The notes: generated from the letters alone by a model not told the origin. DNA of 64,000 bases from Lama glama (GCA_028534125.1 CM052816.1:37822001-37886000); one strand, 5' to 3'; shown: positions 36,701-50,468, numbered from the stretch's first letter. Numbers and translations are program-made.

Positions 36701-38430
36701 CGTTTGAGTCTTTTCCTAAGTTCACTTAAGAGATTGCTTTTGAGTTTCATCTGTGTCATAGTGTGGATAATAATAGCACATTCCTTTTTTTTAAGTTGAA
36801 TGTTATATAGACATGCAATTTTTATCATTAAGCAGTTGATGGACATTTAGCTATTTTTCAGATTTTGGTGCATATGAATAAAATGACTATAAATGTGTGC
36901 ATGCAGGCATTTCTGTCTTAATTTCCTTTGCATCTAGTATATGCTTTATTAGAATTCTAGCTGCTCTGCCTCCTTGCTAGCACTTGCTCTTGTCAGGTCT
37001 TTGTTTTTCTTCTTTTTACCATTTGATCAGATGTGTTATAGTCTTTCACTGTGGTTTTAATTTACATTTGCCTAATGATTAATGATAGTGAACATCATTA
37101 CATGTGCTTATATTAAATCTGTATCTTTTCTGGACCAAATCATCTTTTCATATATCATATCCATATTATTTCTTTTCTTTTTTAGTGATTTTCCAGATTT
37201 GTTTGTATATTCTGATTATTGGCACTTTATTGAATGTACTTGGAAAATGTTTTCTCTACTATATGGTTTGCCTTTTTTTTTAATGCTGTTCTGCAAAGAG
37301 AAGGTTTTATATATGTTCTATATAAACAATGGTCTATCTCAAATTCATAGAGATTTTCTCCTATGCTTTCTTCTAGAAAGAAGTTTTTCATTTTACTTTT
37401 ACATTTATATTTTCCCTTGCACATGGATGTGTAATAGTTTCAACACCACTAATTGAATGGATAAAGTATTTCTCTACTGAATTACATTTCCAACTTTGTC
37501 AAAACTATTAGCTCATATTCATGTGGATCTATTTCTGTCATTTTATTCTGTTTCATAATTATGTGACTATCATTTCACTAATACCACACTGTATGATTAC
37601 TATAGCTATATAGAAAATCTTGAAATCTGGTAGTGTGAGTCTCCCAATTTTGCTTTCATTATTCAAAATTGTTTTGGCAATTTTTCTATCTTCTGCTTTT
37701 CCATGTAGGTTTAGAATCAGCTTATAGATTTCCTCAAAGATATAATCAGCTTCTAGGATTTTCTTTGGGGTTGTGTTCAGTCTACAGATCAATTGGAAAA
37801 GAAGTTACATCTTGGTAATTTTGAATCTTCCAATTAATTAACATGATATATCTTTCCATTTACTTAGGATATGTGTTAACAATGTGGTATATTTTTTATT
37901 ATACAAATTGTGCCCATATTTTTAGATTTAAACCTATTTCATATTTTTAGTGGTATTCTAAACGGTATGTTTAAAATTTCAACATCTATTTTTATTGCTA
38001 GTATATTTAAAGATAATTGATTTTAGCATGCTGATTTTGTTATCTGTAACCAACTAAACTCACTTATTTTAGTAGTTTCTTCGGGATTTTCTATGTAGAT
38101 AATGATGGCTTCTACGAATAAACACTATTTTCTTACTTTCCAATCTATATGCCTGGTATTTCTTTTGTCTCATTGCACTGGTATATATACTGAAAGACAG
38201 CAGTGATATGAATAGAAATTCTTGTTTTGGACTTACCCACAGAGGGAAACTATTTAGTTCTTAACAACAAGGTCTGATGTTAGCTCTAGTTATTAATAGG
38301 TACTTTTTATTCATAAGGTAAGAATATCTATACTTTGTGGAGAAATTCTGCCAAAAATGTATGTTTAATTTTATAAAATTTTTTTGAATGAGTAATTTTT
38401 TTTTCTCTTTTAAGATACTGGTATGAATGA
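36700..38430 (-). mobile_element. Old L1 (L1MD/ME) ORF2 3' half
   Basis: Minus ORF 37559-37792 (IAKTILNNESKIGRLTLPDFKIFY) is L1 ORF2; flanking antisense motifs agree. Confidence 0.85.
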
Positions 38431-38432
38431 AT

Positions 38433-38840
38433 GTTCTATCAGTTAAGGTTCTTCAGAGAAACAGAACAAGTAGAACATATGGATATAGATACAGATAAAG
38501 ATAAAGAAATAGATAAAGATTGTGAGAGAGAAAGAGAGAGATTGATTTATCAATTTACTATAAGAAATTGGCTTACTGGCTCAGAGGTATGGGGGCTGAG
38601 AAGTTCCACAGTCTTCTGTCTACAAACTGGAGCCCCAGGGAGGCCAGCTGCGTAATTCACTGAGTCTGAAGAAGACAAAGTTGTAATTCCGAGTCACAGG
38701 GCAGAGGCAGAATGATATTCCAGCCGAGCAGTTGATCACAAAGAACATATCCTCCCTTCCTCTGCCATTCAGTTCCATGCAGTCCCTCAGTGGATTAGAA
38801 GATGCCCATCCACAATGGGGAGGGCAATCTACTTTACTTC
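38433..38840 (-). mobile_element. MLT2B-like ERVL LTR
   Basis: GGTTCTTCAGAGAAACAGAAC, GA-rich tract, AAGAAATTGGCTTAC, GGCTGAGAAGTTCCAC and GATGCCCATCCACAATGGGGAGGGCAATCT. Confidence 0.85.
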
Positions 38841-39679
38841 ATCTTCTTGGCATTAGATCAAACAAACAAATAAAACTAATAGAAAAAAAAACTATTTTTT
38901 TTCCTCATTAAGTTAGAAATGTCAACATTCACATAATGTTTACAGTTTAATTTGGAGGAACAGTTTCTTCCCTTGTCCTTTAACTTCATTTTAAAGCCAT
39001 TTTATTTGCCCCTTTCCAATGTTAACAGGGAAAGTAGATGAAACTTGAAGATGAGAATTATATGCTCTATTTGATAAATATAACTTTGGCAAATAATGTG
39101 TCCTATGTAGAATAAATTCTTGATGTTGATGAAGAAAATAATTAAAATAGTACAGTTTATTTCTAAAGCTAGCTATTTTTATTTATATATAGGCTTAATA
39201 GTGCTCCTTTTTTATAATTCTTGTTTTACTTTTTTCTGTTTTACTCAAATTTCATAAAAATCCATTCAGTTTCCCTCCATTTTATTCCCATTGCCACAAT
39301 GAAAAAATTGAATTTGAAAACTTTATATTTTAATATACATTTACTCATCGTTAATAGTATCTTTTAAAAAAGCTGTCATTTCTCTTATTTCTGATATTCT
39401 TTTCTTCTGAATACACCTGTGTAGTGTATCACATTTTAGAAAGCATTTTACACGCTCTCTCTAATCAGATCTAACATAGCAGCCTTGAAGAAAACTAAAT
39501 GGTACTATTCTCATCTTACTGTTGCTGAGTGAAAGAAATTAAAATATATCTCAGTTCACAGATTGGGGCAGGAGAGAGAGAAGTGAGGTCTTCTGCCTTA
39601 TTTTTCAGTGCTTTCTCTATTATATCTAGAAGCCACTCAGGAATGATACAGCCAAGTTTCCCAGTACTGCATAGTCAGC

Positions 39680-39895
39680 ACTTATGTAAAAGAAGCCACT
39701 TACTAAAGACTACATACTCTATGGCTTTGTATATAGGTTATGTGAAATTCTAGAAAAGGAAAAAACATAGTTTGTTTTCTGGCAGATCAGTGATTATTTA
39801 GAAGCAAGTGTGGGGGCAGGGATTGACTGCTAAGGGACATAAGAAGAATTTTGGGGGGATGGGAGTGTTCTAAACCTTGACTGTGGTGGCTGTCA
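39680..39895 (+). mobile_element. L1ME/MD 3'UTR fragment
   Basis: AAAGAAGCCA...ACATACT...GAAATTCTAGAAAAGG...CAGATCAGTG...GATTGACTGC..AGGG...CTTGACTGTGGTGG. Confidence 0.75.
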
Positions 39896-40489
39896 CTCAA
39901 AATAAAAGACTGTTACTTCCGTATTAGTAACATAAATACAGATTTTGTTTAATTTATTGCCCAGCATGCTTAATCAATTGAATTTTTTATGCTTTGCTTT
40001 TAAATGCCTTGGTAACTGGTTAATATTGAGCAGGTTGTTAAAAGTGCAAAGCCATGTGTTTTCCTTCCATCTGTCTTAATACACTAATCACTAGGGCACT
40101 ATTGTGTTATTTAGAACATGGAATGAGGTCACATTTCTCCCAGGTGAAGAGTAAATAGCAAAAATACTTTAAAAAGTACTTGGCATTTAATGTCTAATCC
40201 TTAAGATTATGTTTAAAAAAAAAAAGCCAAGGCATGCTACTTTATAAAAAAGAATTTGACCAACTATTTTTGGTTAACAATTTCATGTACATCTAGCCAT
40301 ATGCACTTTAAAATAGGAAAGCATAAGCTCGATGGAAAGTGGGTTGAAGCAATGAAGAGTTTAAAAGAAGATAAACAGAGCATAATAAGCTTAGGTTCTC
40401 TCTCATTGTTCTTTCTTATTCACAGCCATGTAAATAATTTGAAAGGATGCTTTTCATTCACTACTTTTTGTCTGTGATATTAGTGCTCG

Positions 40490-41270
40490 TACTTCATAAA
40501 AATGCTATGGAACAGTACAAATATTTAAAAGAAAAAAGGAACATAATGAGCCCACATGGATCCAAAATCCAGTTGCAAAACAATCAATTTTTCTCCAAGT
40601 CTAAATCTAATCGCCATCCCACACCTCAGCCTGGATATTTTTTGTCAAATCCTAGATAACAATTAGGTTGCATCCAAAGATCCTTCATATGTATGTATAA
40701 AAGACACTTTAAAAATCATTATTCCAATATTTTATCATTTCTCCTAAAGTAATTGAAGTATAATTCATTTAATGTTACAAAATACACAGGATTCACATTT
40801 CCTCCAATATCTTACAGTATTTTTGATTTACAATCAGTTGTTTGAATCAGGAAACAAAGTTTATACTGCTTTTTTTGGTATAGTTTAAATTGCTTTTATT
40901 TTATAAACTTCCCATCTTTTTTCTTATAATGTATTCAATAAAGAAAACAAGGGCATTGATTGTATAATAATTTTGCACCTTTTGGATTTTGCTTATTGTA
41001 CTCTTTTGTTTCACTTAAGATGGTCTACACACTACTTTACTTCCTGTAAGAAAATGGTTACATTTCAGAAGGCTGATGAAATTTATTTCATTTTTTGATA
41101 AATAGGAGGAGTTGTGAGCTTCCTACTGCAACACATCAAGAGGTACATCATGTCTAGTCTATTCTGTTTTTATTGAGACTAATCTAACCAGCTAGATTTA
41201 AATATTTTTTAGTATACATATGAACTCAGAATGATACTAATACCAACATTTTTACTGAAATTGAGAAGAC
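40490..41270 (-). mobile_element. L1MC4/5-like 3'UTR
   Basis: CAAATCCTAGA, TTGTTTGAATCAGGA, TTGGATTTTGCT and CATCAAGAGGTACATCATGTCT. Confidence 0.55.
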
Positions 41271-41306
41271 TGAAAAAGTTTAGTGTCCTTGTGCTTTTTA
41301 CTTATC

Positions 41307-41405
41307 CTATTATTTTAATTTTTTCACTTATATTTTGATATCTATTTTTATTATGGTAAAATATATAACATAAAATTACTATTTTAATCATTTTTAAGTA
41401 TATAG
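41307..41405 (-). mobile_element. L1MB-type extreme 3' end (~60 bp) plus decayed poly(A), fused to U6
   Basis: TTTTTATTATGGTAAAATATATAACATAAAATTACTATTTTAATCATTTTTAAGTATATAG is the antisense L1MB terminus. Confidence 0.75.
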
Positions 41406-41511
41406 AAAAATACAGAATGCTTTACTAATTTACGTATCATTTTTGCACAGGATCCGTACTAATCTTCTCTGTATCATTCCAATTTTAGTATGTGTGCTGC
41501 TGAAGTGACAC
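41406..41511 (-). pseudogene. RNU6: Full-length U6 snRNA retropseudogene (part of a U6/L1 chimera)
   Basis: Reverse complement GTGTCACTTCAGCAGCACACATACTAAAATTGGAATGATACAGAGAAGATTAGTACGGATCCTGTGCAAAAATGATACGTAAATTAGTAAAGCATTCTGTATTTTT aligns end to end with U6, including the ACAGAGA box. It shows heavy CpG decay, and I saw no upstream Pol III promoter. Confidence 0.95.
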
Positions 41512-42644
41512 CTTGCATTTCTTCTTATCTTTAAAATATCTTTAGGATACATCTGAATATCTGGCTTGGTTTATATCACAAATATATTGTATCTTAAAAT
41601 TCTATTAATGAATAGATCTGATGGACTTCATAAACATTTTTCATTGCATTTAGGTTTTACTGTTTTGTCTTTCGTTGAATATAATGTTTATTTGTCAGAG
41701 ATAGTTTTTGAAAAAGTTATAAAATTAATACTATTAATTTTACCCTTTATTGACTCTATTTTATTAATCAGTTAGGACTTTTCCCTACTTTCAAGTTTAT
41801 AGGTGAATTCACACTTTTTTTTTTTCTGACACTTGTTGTGTGAAGTTATCTTCTTGTTTTTTCTTCTTATGGCTATGATAGTATTCCAACACTGCTCATT
41901 ATAAATGATATTTTTTGCTCAATGATTTCTGATGCTGTGTTCATAATATACTCAGTTTTCCTTGCAAATAGGTGTATTTCCAGATTTTCTATTCTGGGTC
42001 ATTCATATTCCAGTATCTTAATTATAAAGGACATAAAATACATTTCATATTGGGAGAGGGTCTAGAATATCTTTTTCATCGTTTACTGATTTCTCAATTT
42101 TTGCTTATCTGTCCTTTCACATGAATATTATAATTAAATGTTCTAGATTAGGAAAATTAAAATATGGTGTTTTTATTGCAATCATATTAAGCATACAAAT
42201 GAAAAATTTTTACTGATAGTCACATGAATGATTAGTTTGCAGATCCTCTTAGTGCAATTTTTATCAAGTTTTATAATATTACACTTACCTTGTAATAAGG
42301 ATTTGGAAGTTTTTCCCCTTTGTTTATGCTTTAAAATAGTTGAAGTATTGGGATTATCTTTAAAGCTGTTTAAAGCAATTTAATTGTGAAAGCATTGTAA
42401 GCTTAAGTCAGTTTTTACCATAATAGGTTTTGATTTTGGCTATTTGTTAAAATTTTGTCTGATATATGAAGACATAATTCTTACTTCAGAAAAGCTTTAT
42501 TAAGTTACAGTTTTTAATATTACTTGCTCTTGTTTTTGTTTTCATTGTGTATATGTATATGTGTATATACCTAAATATATAATTTATACATATAAATTAC
42601 TTTCTCTACTTTTTTCTATCACTTCCATCCTCATTCAGATCTAC

Positions 42645-44570
42645 TGGAGGTGAGAGACCTATACACTAAAAACTGTAAGACACTGTTAAAAGAAATTGAA
42701 GAAGACACAAAGAAATGGACAAAGAGTTCATTCTCATGGATTGGAAGAATCAACATTGTTAAAATGCCCATATTACCTAAAGCAATCTACAGATTCAGTG
42801 CAGTCCCTATTAAAATCCCAATGATATTTTTCACAGAATTAAAACAAAAAAAATCCTAAAATTTGATTGGAACCACAATAGACCTTGAATTGCCAAAACA
42901 ATACTGATTAAAGTAAAACAAAGCTGGAGGTATCACACTCCTTGATTCAAATTATACTACAAAACTACAGCAATCAAAACAACATGGCATTGGTAGACAA
43001 AGACGTAGATCAATGGAACTGAGTTTAGAGCCCATAAGTAAACCCACATATACATAGATAGCTAATCTAACACAAAGAAACCAAGAAAATACAATGGAGA
43101 AAAGAAATTCTCTTCAATAAATGGTGTTGTGAAAACTGAACAGTCACATGCAAAAGAACAAAAGTAGAATCGCACTCAAAAATTAACTCAATTTTCAAAA
43201 TTGTAGAATAGATAAACAAGATTACACTGTATAGCACAGGGAAATATACACAAAATGTTATGATAAATCACAGAGAAAAAAAATGTGACAATGAGTGTGC
43301 ATATGTCCATGAATGAGTGAAAAATTGTGCTGAATGCTGGAATTTGACACAACACTGTAAAATGATTATGAATCAATAAAAAATGTAAAAAAAAAAACTC
43401 AAAATGGATTAAAGATTTGAATGTAAGACCTATAAGAAACATATGTAAGACATAAAACTCCTAGACAAAAACATAGCCAGTACATTCTTTGACATCAGTC
43501 TTAGGAATATCTTTTTGTTTCTGTTTCCTCCAACAAGGGAAATAAAAGGAAAAATAAATAAATGGGACTACATCAAAGTAAAAAGCTTCTGCACATCAAA
43601 GAAAATCATCAACAAAATGAAAAAGTAACCTACTAGGTAGAAGGAGATATTTGTAAATCATATATCTGGTAAGAGATTAATTACTAAAATATAAAAAGAA
43701 CTCATACAACTTAAGTAACAAAAAACAACCCAATTGAAAAATGAGTAGAGGATCTAAATAAACGTTTTTTCAAAGGCATACAGATGATCAAGAGGCACAG
43801 GAAAATATGTCCAATGTCACTAATTTTTAGGGAAATTCAAATCAACACAACAATGAGAATGACTCTTATCAAAAAGACAAGAAAAAACAAGTGTTAAAGA
43901 GGATGTGAAGAAAATGGAAACTTCATACCCTGTTGGTGGGAATGTAAACTGGTGCAGCCATTATGGAAACAGTATAGAGAAGCTTCAAAAAATTAAGAAT
44001 AGAACTACCATATGATTCAGCTAATCCACTACTGGGTATTTATCTGAGGAATATAAAAACACTAATTCAAAAAAATATATGCACATTTATGTTCATTGCA
44101 GCATTGTTTACAGTAGTTAAGATATGAAAAAAACCTAAGTACCCATCAACAGATGAATGGATAAATATATACAATGGAATATTAGTCAGCCATAAAAATA
44201 TGAAATCTTGCCATTTGTGGTAACATGGATGGACCTAAAGGGTATTATGCTAAGTGAAATAAATTAGAGAAAGACAAATACCATATGATTTCACCCATAG
44301 TGGAATAAAAATAAATAAACAAAACAGATAAAACAAAAGTACGCAGATACTGAGAACAGACTGGTTGTTACCAGAGGGAAAGGGGAGTGGTAGAGGGAGG
44401 AAACGATAAAGGAAGTCAATCATATAGTGAGGTACAGAAAGTAGACGTTTGGTGGTGAGTATGATGTGGAGTCTGTATAGAATTTGAATGATAATGTTGT
44501 ATATATGAAACTTACATAGTGTTGTAAACCAATGCACCTCAATGAAATAATTAATCAATTTAAAAAATAA
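42645..44570 (+). mobile_element. 5'-truncated L1 (ORF2 3' part plus 3'UTR), interrupted by a younger L1 tail
   Basis: ORF 42650-42859 ([21 protein letters not shown]...[22 protein letters not shown]) is L1 ORF2; 3'UTR and A-rich end at ~44560. Confidence 0.92.
43192..43395 (+). mobile_element. Short young L1 3' end (camelid-like) nested in an older L1
   Basis: CTGTATAGCACAGGGAAATAT...GACACAACACTGTAAAATG...AATAAAAAATGTAAAA; TSD (AAAAATT)AACTCAA on both sides; host ORF2 resumes with AATGGATTAAAG. Confidence 0.85.
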
Positions 44571-44699
44571 AGAAGCATCAAGTGGATCTCATGGATCTGA
44601 TTAAAAGGAGACCAAACACATGCTATCTTGAATTCATACATACATCATTAGAAAATATATGAAAAGTAAAACAGACAGAGAACAAAGACAAACATAAAA

Positions 44700-44990
44700 C
44701 AAAACAAAAAGACAAAGCATGAACGATACATGTAAATTGGTCAGGAAAAGGTCCCAGAAGAACACAGAGTTAAGACACAAACAAAACTTGAAGAACTAAT
44801 GGCTGATAATTTCCCATACTAGTTGGAAGATATTGCCAGTGAATTCCAGAGGGACAAGTACAAAGAAAAACATACCTAAGTGTAATATAATCAAACTGTT
44901 GAAAATCAAAGATAAAGTGATACTATTAAAAGCAGCTAGAGGGGGAAAAAGCTATCTGACATTTACTAGGAAAAATATATACATAACTGA
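44700..44990 (+). mobile_element. Old L1 ORF1 fragment
   Basis: GAAGAACTAATGGCTGATAATTTCCCA and peptide IIKLLKIKDKVILLKAAR match L1 ORF1p. Confidence 0.75.
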
Positions 44991-45394
44991 TAGTTATGAT
45001 GTTAACAGTAAATGAACTCAGGAAAACATAGAAAGTTATCTAAACTAAATCCAATTAGTATGGGAGCCTGGCAAATATAGCTTGCTGGATAGCTCCCCTC
45101 TTGTCCTCGCCCCCATATGGAGTAGAGAGGCAAGGAATGTTCAGTAACTATATGAGAGAACTAGAAGATAAACTGTGCTGCGAGAAATAACAACATCGGC
45201 AAGTGAAATAGTTACCTTAGGGGCATAATCAACAATAGATTTTGGTGGTATATCCCAGTGGAGGTTTCAAGTACGAAGTTAGATATGTGAGTTTAGAATA
45301 CAGAGGAAATTCTTCAAATTCACACACAATATATAATACCTCCTAAGAATGGCAGATGACAAAAGAAATATCTCAGATTGAGTACTCAAGAACC

Positions 45395-45628
45395 CCAAGA
45401 AGCAGAGATTAGTGTGATGCAACTCCAAGCCAAGTAATGCCAAGAATTGACAGCCAGCACCAGAAACTAGAAAGGGGGCAAGAAAGGATTTTACTCCATG
45501 GGAGCATGGGCCTGCTAACACTTTGATTTCAGATTCTGGTCTCCAGAACTCTGAGATCGTAACTTTCTGTTGCTTTAAGTTATCCAGTTTGTCATGCTTG
45601 GTTATCACAGCGCTAAGAAAATAACACA
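45395..45628 (+). mobile_element. MLT1B/C-like MaLR LTR 3' half
   Basis: CAAGCCAAGTAATGCC...CACCAGAAACTAG...GGCCTGCTAACACTTTGATTTCAGATTCTGGTCTCCAGAACT...AAATAACACA. Confidence 0.85.
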
Positions 45629-45964
45629 CTGCCTTTATATTCAGTTTCTTCACTTACTTTTGTTTTCTTTCATTGTACAATATCTATTTTAATTGAATCC
45701 CATTTTTAATGAAATGAGGTAGAACTCTTTAGTCTATCCATTCACCATCCATCCTGTAATTTAAAAATTTAATATGTGATTCATGCTTCCAAGTAGCTTC
45801 CTACCTTCTGGATGTTTTAAGACTTTGTGCCCATTAACGTTAGTTAAAAACAAACAAACAAACAAACTTAAATTCTAAATTACTTGGAGCAAACAATACC
45901 ACTACAAGAATTTAGAGCTGGGATTAATAAGCATAAGCCAAAGTAAACAATAAATATGGAAAGT

Positions 45965-46440
45965 GGCAATAACAGGATTTGAGCTGAAGCTTATGGAATG
46001 GATAGGAAGGATTTCAGCTGGTGAAGAAGAGAAGATGTTATTTCAGAAAGGAAGCAACTTGAGGAATGTTCAGATGGTAGGCAAGTGCACAGTGCAAATA
46101 AATGATGATACACACTCTAGAGAAAGCTCTGCAGTTGGGAGTAGCGGAAAATAGTCTTGTCTAAGTGAGAGGTAGAAAACTTGCAGGGAATATGAAAAAA
46201 AAGAAAGATGCAGGAAGAGTTTAAATCTGTTTAGGAAGGCAACTGGGAGCTGTTGGAGATTTTTTGAACACTAAGAGAATAAAAGGACCTAAGGGAGATT
46301 AGTCCAGAGATACTGTGCAAGATAAATTAGAGTCAGGAAAAGAAAAAAGAGCCACAGAAGAGCCAAGAGAAAAGAGCCTGAGAGTTATTTTAGAAAACCA
46401 GTTAAAGATCTAGCTGTCTGGTATTCAGGGCCTAAACAAA
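45965..46440 (-). mobile_element. L2 fragment
   Basis: GATTTGAGCTGAAGCTT, GGCAACTGGGAGCTGTTGGAGATTTTTG and a purine-rich antisense L2 pattern. Confidence 0.55.
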
Positions 46441-47914
46441 TGCTACTGACCTAGGAAGATCAGCTAACTTTTCTGACATTTTCTTGACATTCTAATATGT
46501 CTATTTTTTTTAAATTTCTCTCTTTCATTGTGATTGGATTTGAGTCATCTATTTGAGGGATCTTTTCATTAACAATGAAAAATTTCTGTCTCACCTTGTA
46601 AGACCTTGTATAAACTTTGATTTTTAAAGGCACTTAACATCCATGGAGTGTGAGTGTATTTATAATGCTCACTACTTACGCTCAGTACTGAGAGAATACC
46701 ATGTTTGAAATTTTCAGCTATGTTATCTATAGTTTCCAAGCTGTGTTAATTTTGCTGACTGTAGAACCCTCCTTTCCACCTCATTATTGTCTCTTTTCTT
46801 GAGACTACTCTAGCTAGCATGTGTGTCTGAGATAGGTGAACTCTACATTCTTCATGCTTTTTCCTTTGAATTTTACATCACTCATCCAATCTTTCTCTTT
46901 TAGAAAATGTAGCCTTTTTATATACAGATTTCAAGGGTACTTCTCACGGCATAATTGATTTTGAGGATTCTTTGGCCTGATACTTCTACTCAGATTGAAA
47001 TTTATGGAAGTAATTTGAGACATCACTCAAATTGCAGTATCATCAGTATTATAGGGCCTTTTTTTTGAGCAGCAACACTGAAAATCCATTATCTTCATTT
47101 TAAGGGAAAAATTCAATTTTTCTGGACATTTTCATTTTTTGAATATTAAAGTTCTTTTTCATGAAATACTGTGTTTCTAATGGGCAGTCCTTTGGGCTAT
47201 TTATGCAAATTTAACCCAGGGGAAAAAAGGCAGGCAAAGGTGAAATGAAAGACACTGATTATTCTAAGTATGTTCATTTGAGAGTCACTCAGGTTTGCAG
47301 AATGAAAAAGTTTGTTCAGGATTCAGAAAAACGGGATGATTGAAGATTGGAAAAGAACATGTTCTACAACTAAAAACATTTTGGAGGTGATTCATTTTAA
47401 AATACAAAGTTCTGATAATTCTTTGAAGCAGAACCAACTGGGCGTCCGTTTCCTTTTAACATCTCCATCTGCTGTCAAATCAACCACCTTAATTAGTTAC
47501 ATGGCAACTTGTAATGTATTTTGAAACTTGAATTCTTAGGTTTAGTAATTTTGCACTAGGCACATATTATTATAAATATTATAAATATTATAAATGTTTC
47601 AATGGTACCATTTTTTCACAATACATCCTGTAACTTTTACTTGTATCAATTGTATAAATGTAAATATAATTATCATAACAATATAAGCTAATATAAACTG
47701 TGTATTTTAAAATTATATATTTTTTACTTCTGTCTCTGTAATAGTAAACAAAATTTATTTTATTCTCTAGCAGCAGTCCTGCTTTATTATTTTTTCATCA
47801 AACATGTATGTGAAAAACTCACTCCTAGGATATCTGTCATTTTTATATTTGCTAATATCATCTATTTTACACTATAAATTATATGATGTTATAATTTTAA
47901 AATATGACTATTTC

Positions 47915-48040
47915 CTTTACTGGAATATAAACTCTTGAAGGCAGGAGCTATAAAGCCTTTAATAGGCAATAGGATCTAACAATTTTACTTGGTGATCTGT
48001 ACTTGGTAAGTGCTTAATAAATGTACTGATATGTGAATGC
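47915..48040 (+). mobile_element. L2 3' end
   Basis: ACTGGAATATAAACTCTTGAAGGCAGG...GTAAGTGCTTAATAAATG. Confidence 0.6.
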
Positions 48041-49152
48041 ATACATTATTTATGTTGCTTACTAATATTTTTTATTGAGTTTGCTTGAACAGAGGTCCAT
48101 TAATCTCTAGTCACTTATTTAAATGAGTATATATAGTTATCCTTGGACTATAAAAAATTAAATCCAATTTAAAATTCTTCCATATTTGAATATATGGATT
48201 TGTTTCATATAATCATTCTCAAATATATTTTCCTAGGTGTTCCATCCCAGAGTACATTCTAAAATTCTTGTGAAGAGCTGTGATTTATAATCACTTTATT
48301 CATTCAGATTTTGATTAGCAAGTTCTGTATTTTTCTTTTAAAGAAAATACAATTTTAATAGGTTTATGGTTCCAAATCTTTGTGAAATAGCATTTTGAGT
48401 GCTGATATGTTCTTATGATAACTTGATGGTATTTGGAATGAATATATCTTGATTTACGTGCTTGAGCAATTTTTGATGTTTAAATTAAATTTACTACAAA
48501 TGTCAGATACTTTCACATTCCCATAGTCACTTCATATTAATTAAGGAAATGGAAACTACTCTAAGTATTAATTCTGTGTGTAAATTCTCAAGTAAAAAGT
48601 ACAATATAAATAGCAGTTCAAAACATAAGTGGTTAAATCCACACAAAAAAGCAGGTTGAATTTTAGAATAAAAATGAAAAACATCCAAACCTTTCAAAGA
48701 ACCATACAGCTCTTTGAAACTATTTAAATATTTTTGAAAATTTTTCAATATTTAAAATCAATGTCTGTGTACTATGTACCAATACAAGACAAAAAATAGA
48801 AAAGAAAAAAAGATCAGGTGAAAATGTATTAAAATATTTTTTGTGCATATCATGGTAAAAAACAAACAAACAACAGCAACAACTTTTGCTCTTTCCCAAA
48901 AATTTAGTGACAGCCCTACGATTGAAAGTGGCTCATTATTTTTGAAACTCCTAATTTTAACACTTTATGAGAAAAACAACTGAATGTCTGATCCTAAAGT
49001 AAGTTTATTTTAATGCTAGGTTTTAACGGCTACTGTAGCTGAAAAATTAACTGGTACTCTTGGTTACTCTTGGTGGTTTCTTGTCATGGTGATCACTGAG
49101 TCCTCTTTAGCATATTCATAGGTCAGTATTTATGCAAAATACCAACTTAAAA

Positions 49153-49322
49153 TAGTAGTTCTTAACCAGGGAGATACATCACCATAGCCTGAAGAGCTTT
49201 TTGAAAATGTAATAGACTCCAGTAGAAGAAATTCTTATACAGACTAGGAATGGCACTCAGCTAAATGTAAATGGAAATTTTACCCAGGTTATTACTATGC
49301 ACAGCCCCGTTATGACCACTGG
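49153..49322. mobile_element. MER5-like hAT DNA transposon
   Basis: Termini TAGTAGTTCTTAA / GACCACTGG and internal CCCAGGTTATTACTATGCACAG. Confidence 0.5.
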
Positions 49323-50468
49323 ATTGTAGGTGTTCGATGCTGATATTGTGAATATATATTTTTATTCCAGCTAAAGTGGACATTTATATAGGTCACATAA
49401 AATAATTCCATGGTCTGTTGTCTGATACTCTAGAAGTCAGGCCAATAAGCTAAATAATCAATGTACCCTGATGATGGTGAGAGTGAGTATTATTTTTCCA
49501 GGCTGGGTGTGGTATTATTAATGACAAGGAAGAAAAAGACAAAGTTAGTAAATATTAGGAGGCTTTCATAAATACACATATGTGTATCTCTCTACAAATT
49601 TATTCCTTTGTATCTCCATGTCTCACTCTCTGCTTCCTCTTAGGAACTCCACAGTTGCGTTCCCATCTGTACCCATGTATTTCTCACCTCCTGAATGGGC
49701 TTTTCTTCATTTCAAGAAATTTCACCCTTTTCAGTGGATACTGAACATCATTCTCTTTAAACAGCATTTGAAATAATTAACTAATATTCTGAAAGGCTGC
49801 CAAAGCCATAACCCCTTCCAACTAAGTTAAGTCCTTAGATAAACAGTAATCGTGCTTAATGAAGATTGTAGTAGGGTTTGTACAGCAGATTGTACCTGCT
49901 TTACACAGCATAAGGCACTGGGCTTTTAGACTTGATTCCAAGGCTGCCATCCTTAGGCTAGTCACGGAAAACTCCAGCATCCCATATAGGAGTTAATGTG
50001 AAGTCTCTATTCAATAGTAACACATACTACTAGCCAGTGACTAACCAATGCAATCGCATTTCCCTATTATAGCTCGAACCTGAGGCAGACAGAACAGGGA
50101 AAGAGGCAGGAGAGTGGTACAGGTGTCAAGAGATAAAAACATACAGGAACTAAGAATAATGGGAGAGAGTCCAGTAGTTGCATTCCTAGCATGCAGAGTG
50201 CAAAATGCATGAGCTTCTACACTGCTACACACTATCTCCTAATTTTAGAGCATCTACCATTTCCATTATGAGATTCCATGCATATACTCTGAGGAAAAGG
50301 AATGTAATTCTTTGACGTGTTAGATTATAAAACATAATAGTACATAAAATAAGTTTCATGAATCCACATGGAGAAATGATAATTTTTGCCCTGAACCCAT
50401 GTAAACATAAATCATCAAAAAAACTAACGCATGTAGATAAACACTCACGAGAGATTATGCCTCCTCAC

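Noticed and set aside
36430..36846. 138-aa minus ORF
   Set aside because: It spans an LTR16-like element and an old L1 junction; chance open frame.
41406..41511. Functional U6 gene
   Set aside because: Many substitutions, an L1-derived tail and a TSD, and no evident upstream PSE/TATA promoter, all indicate a retropseudogene.
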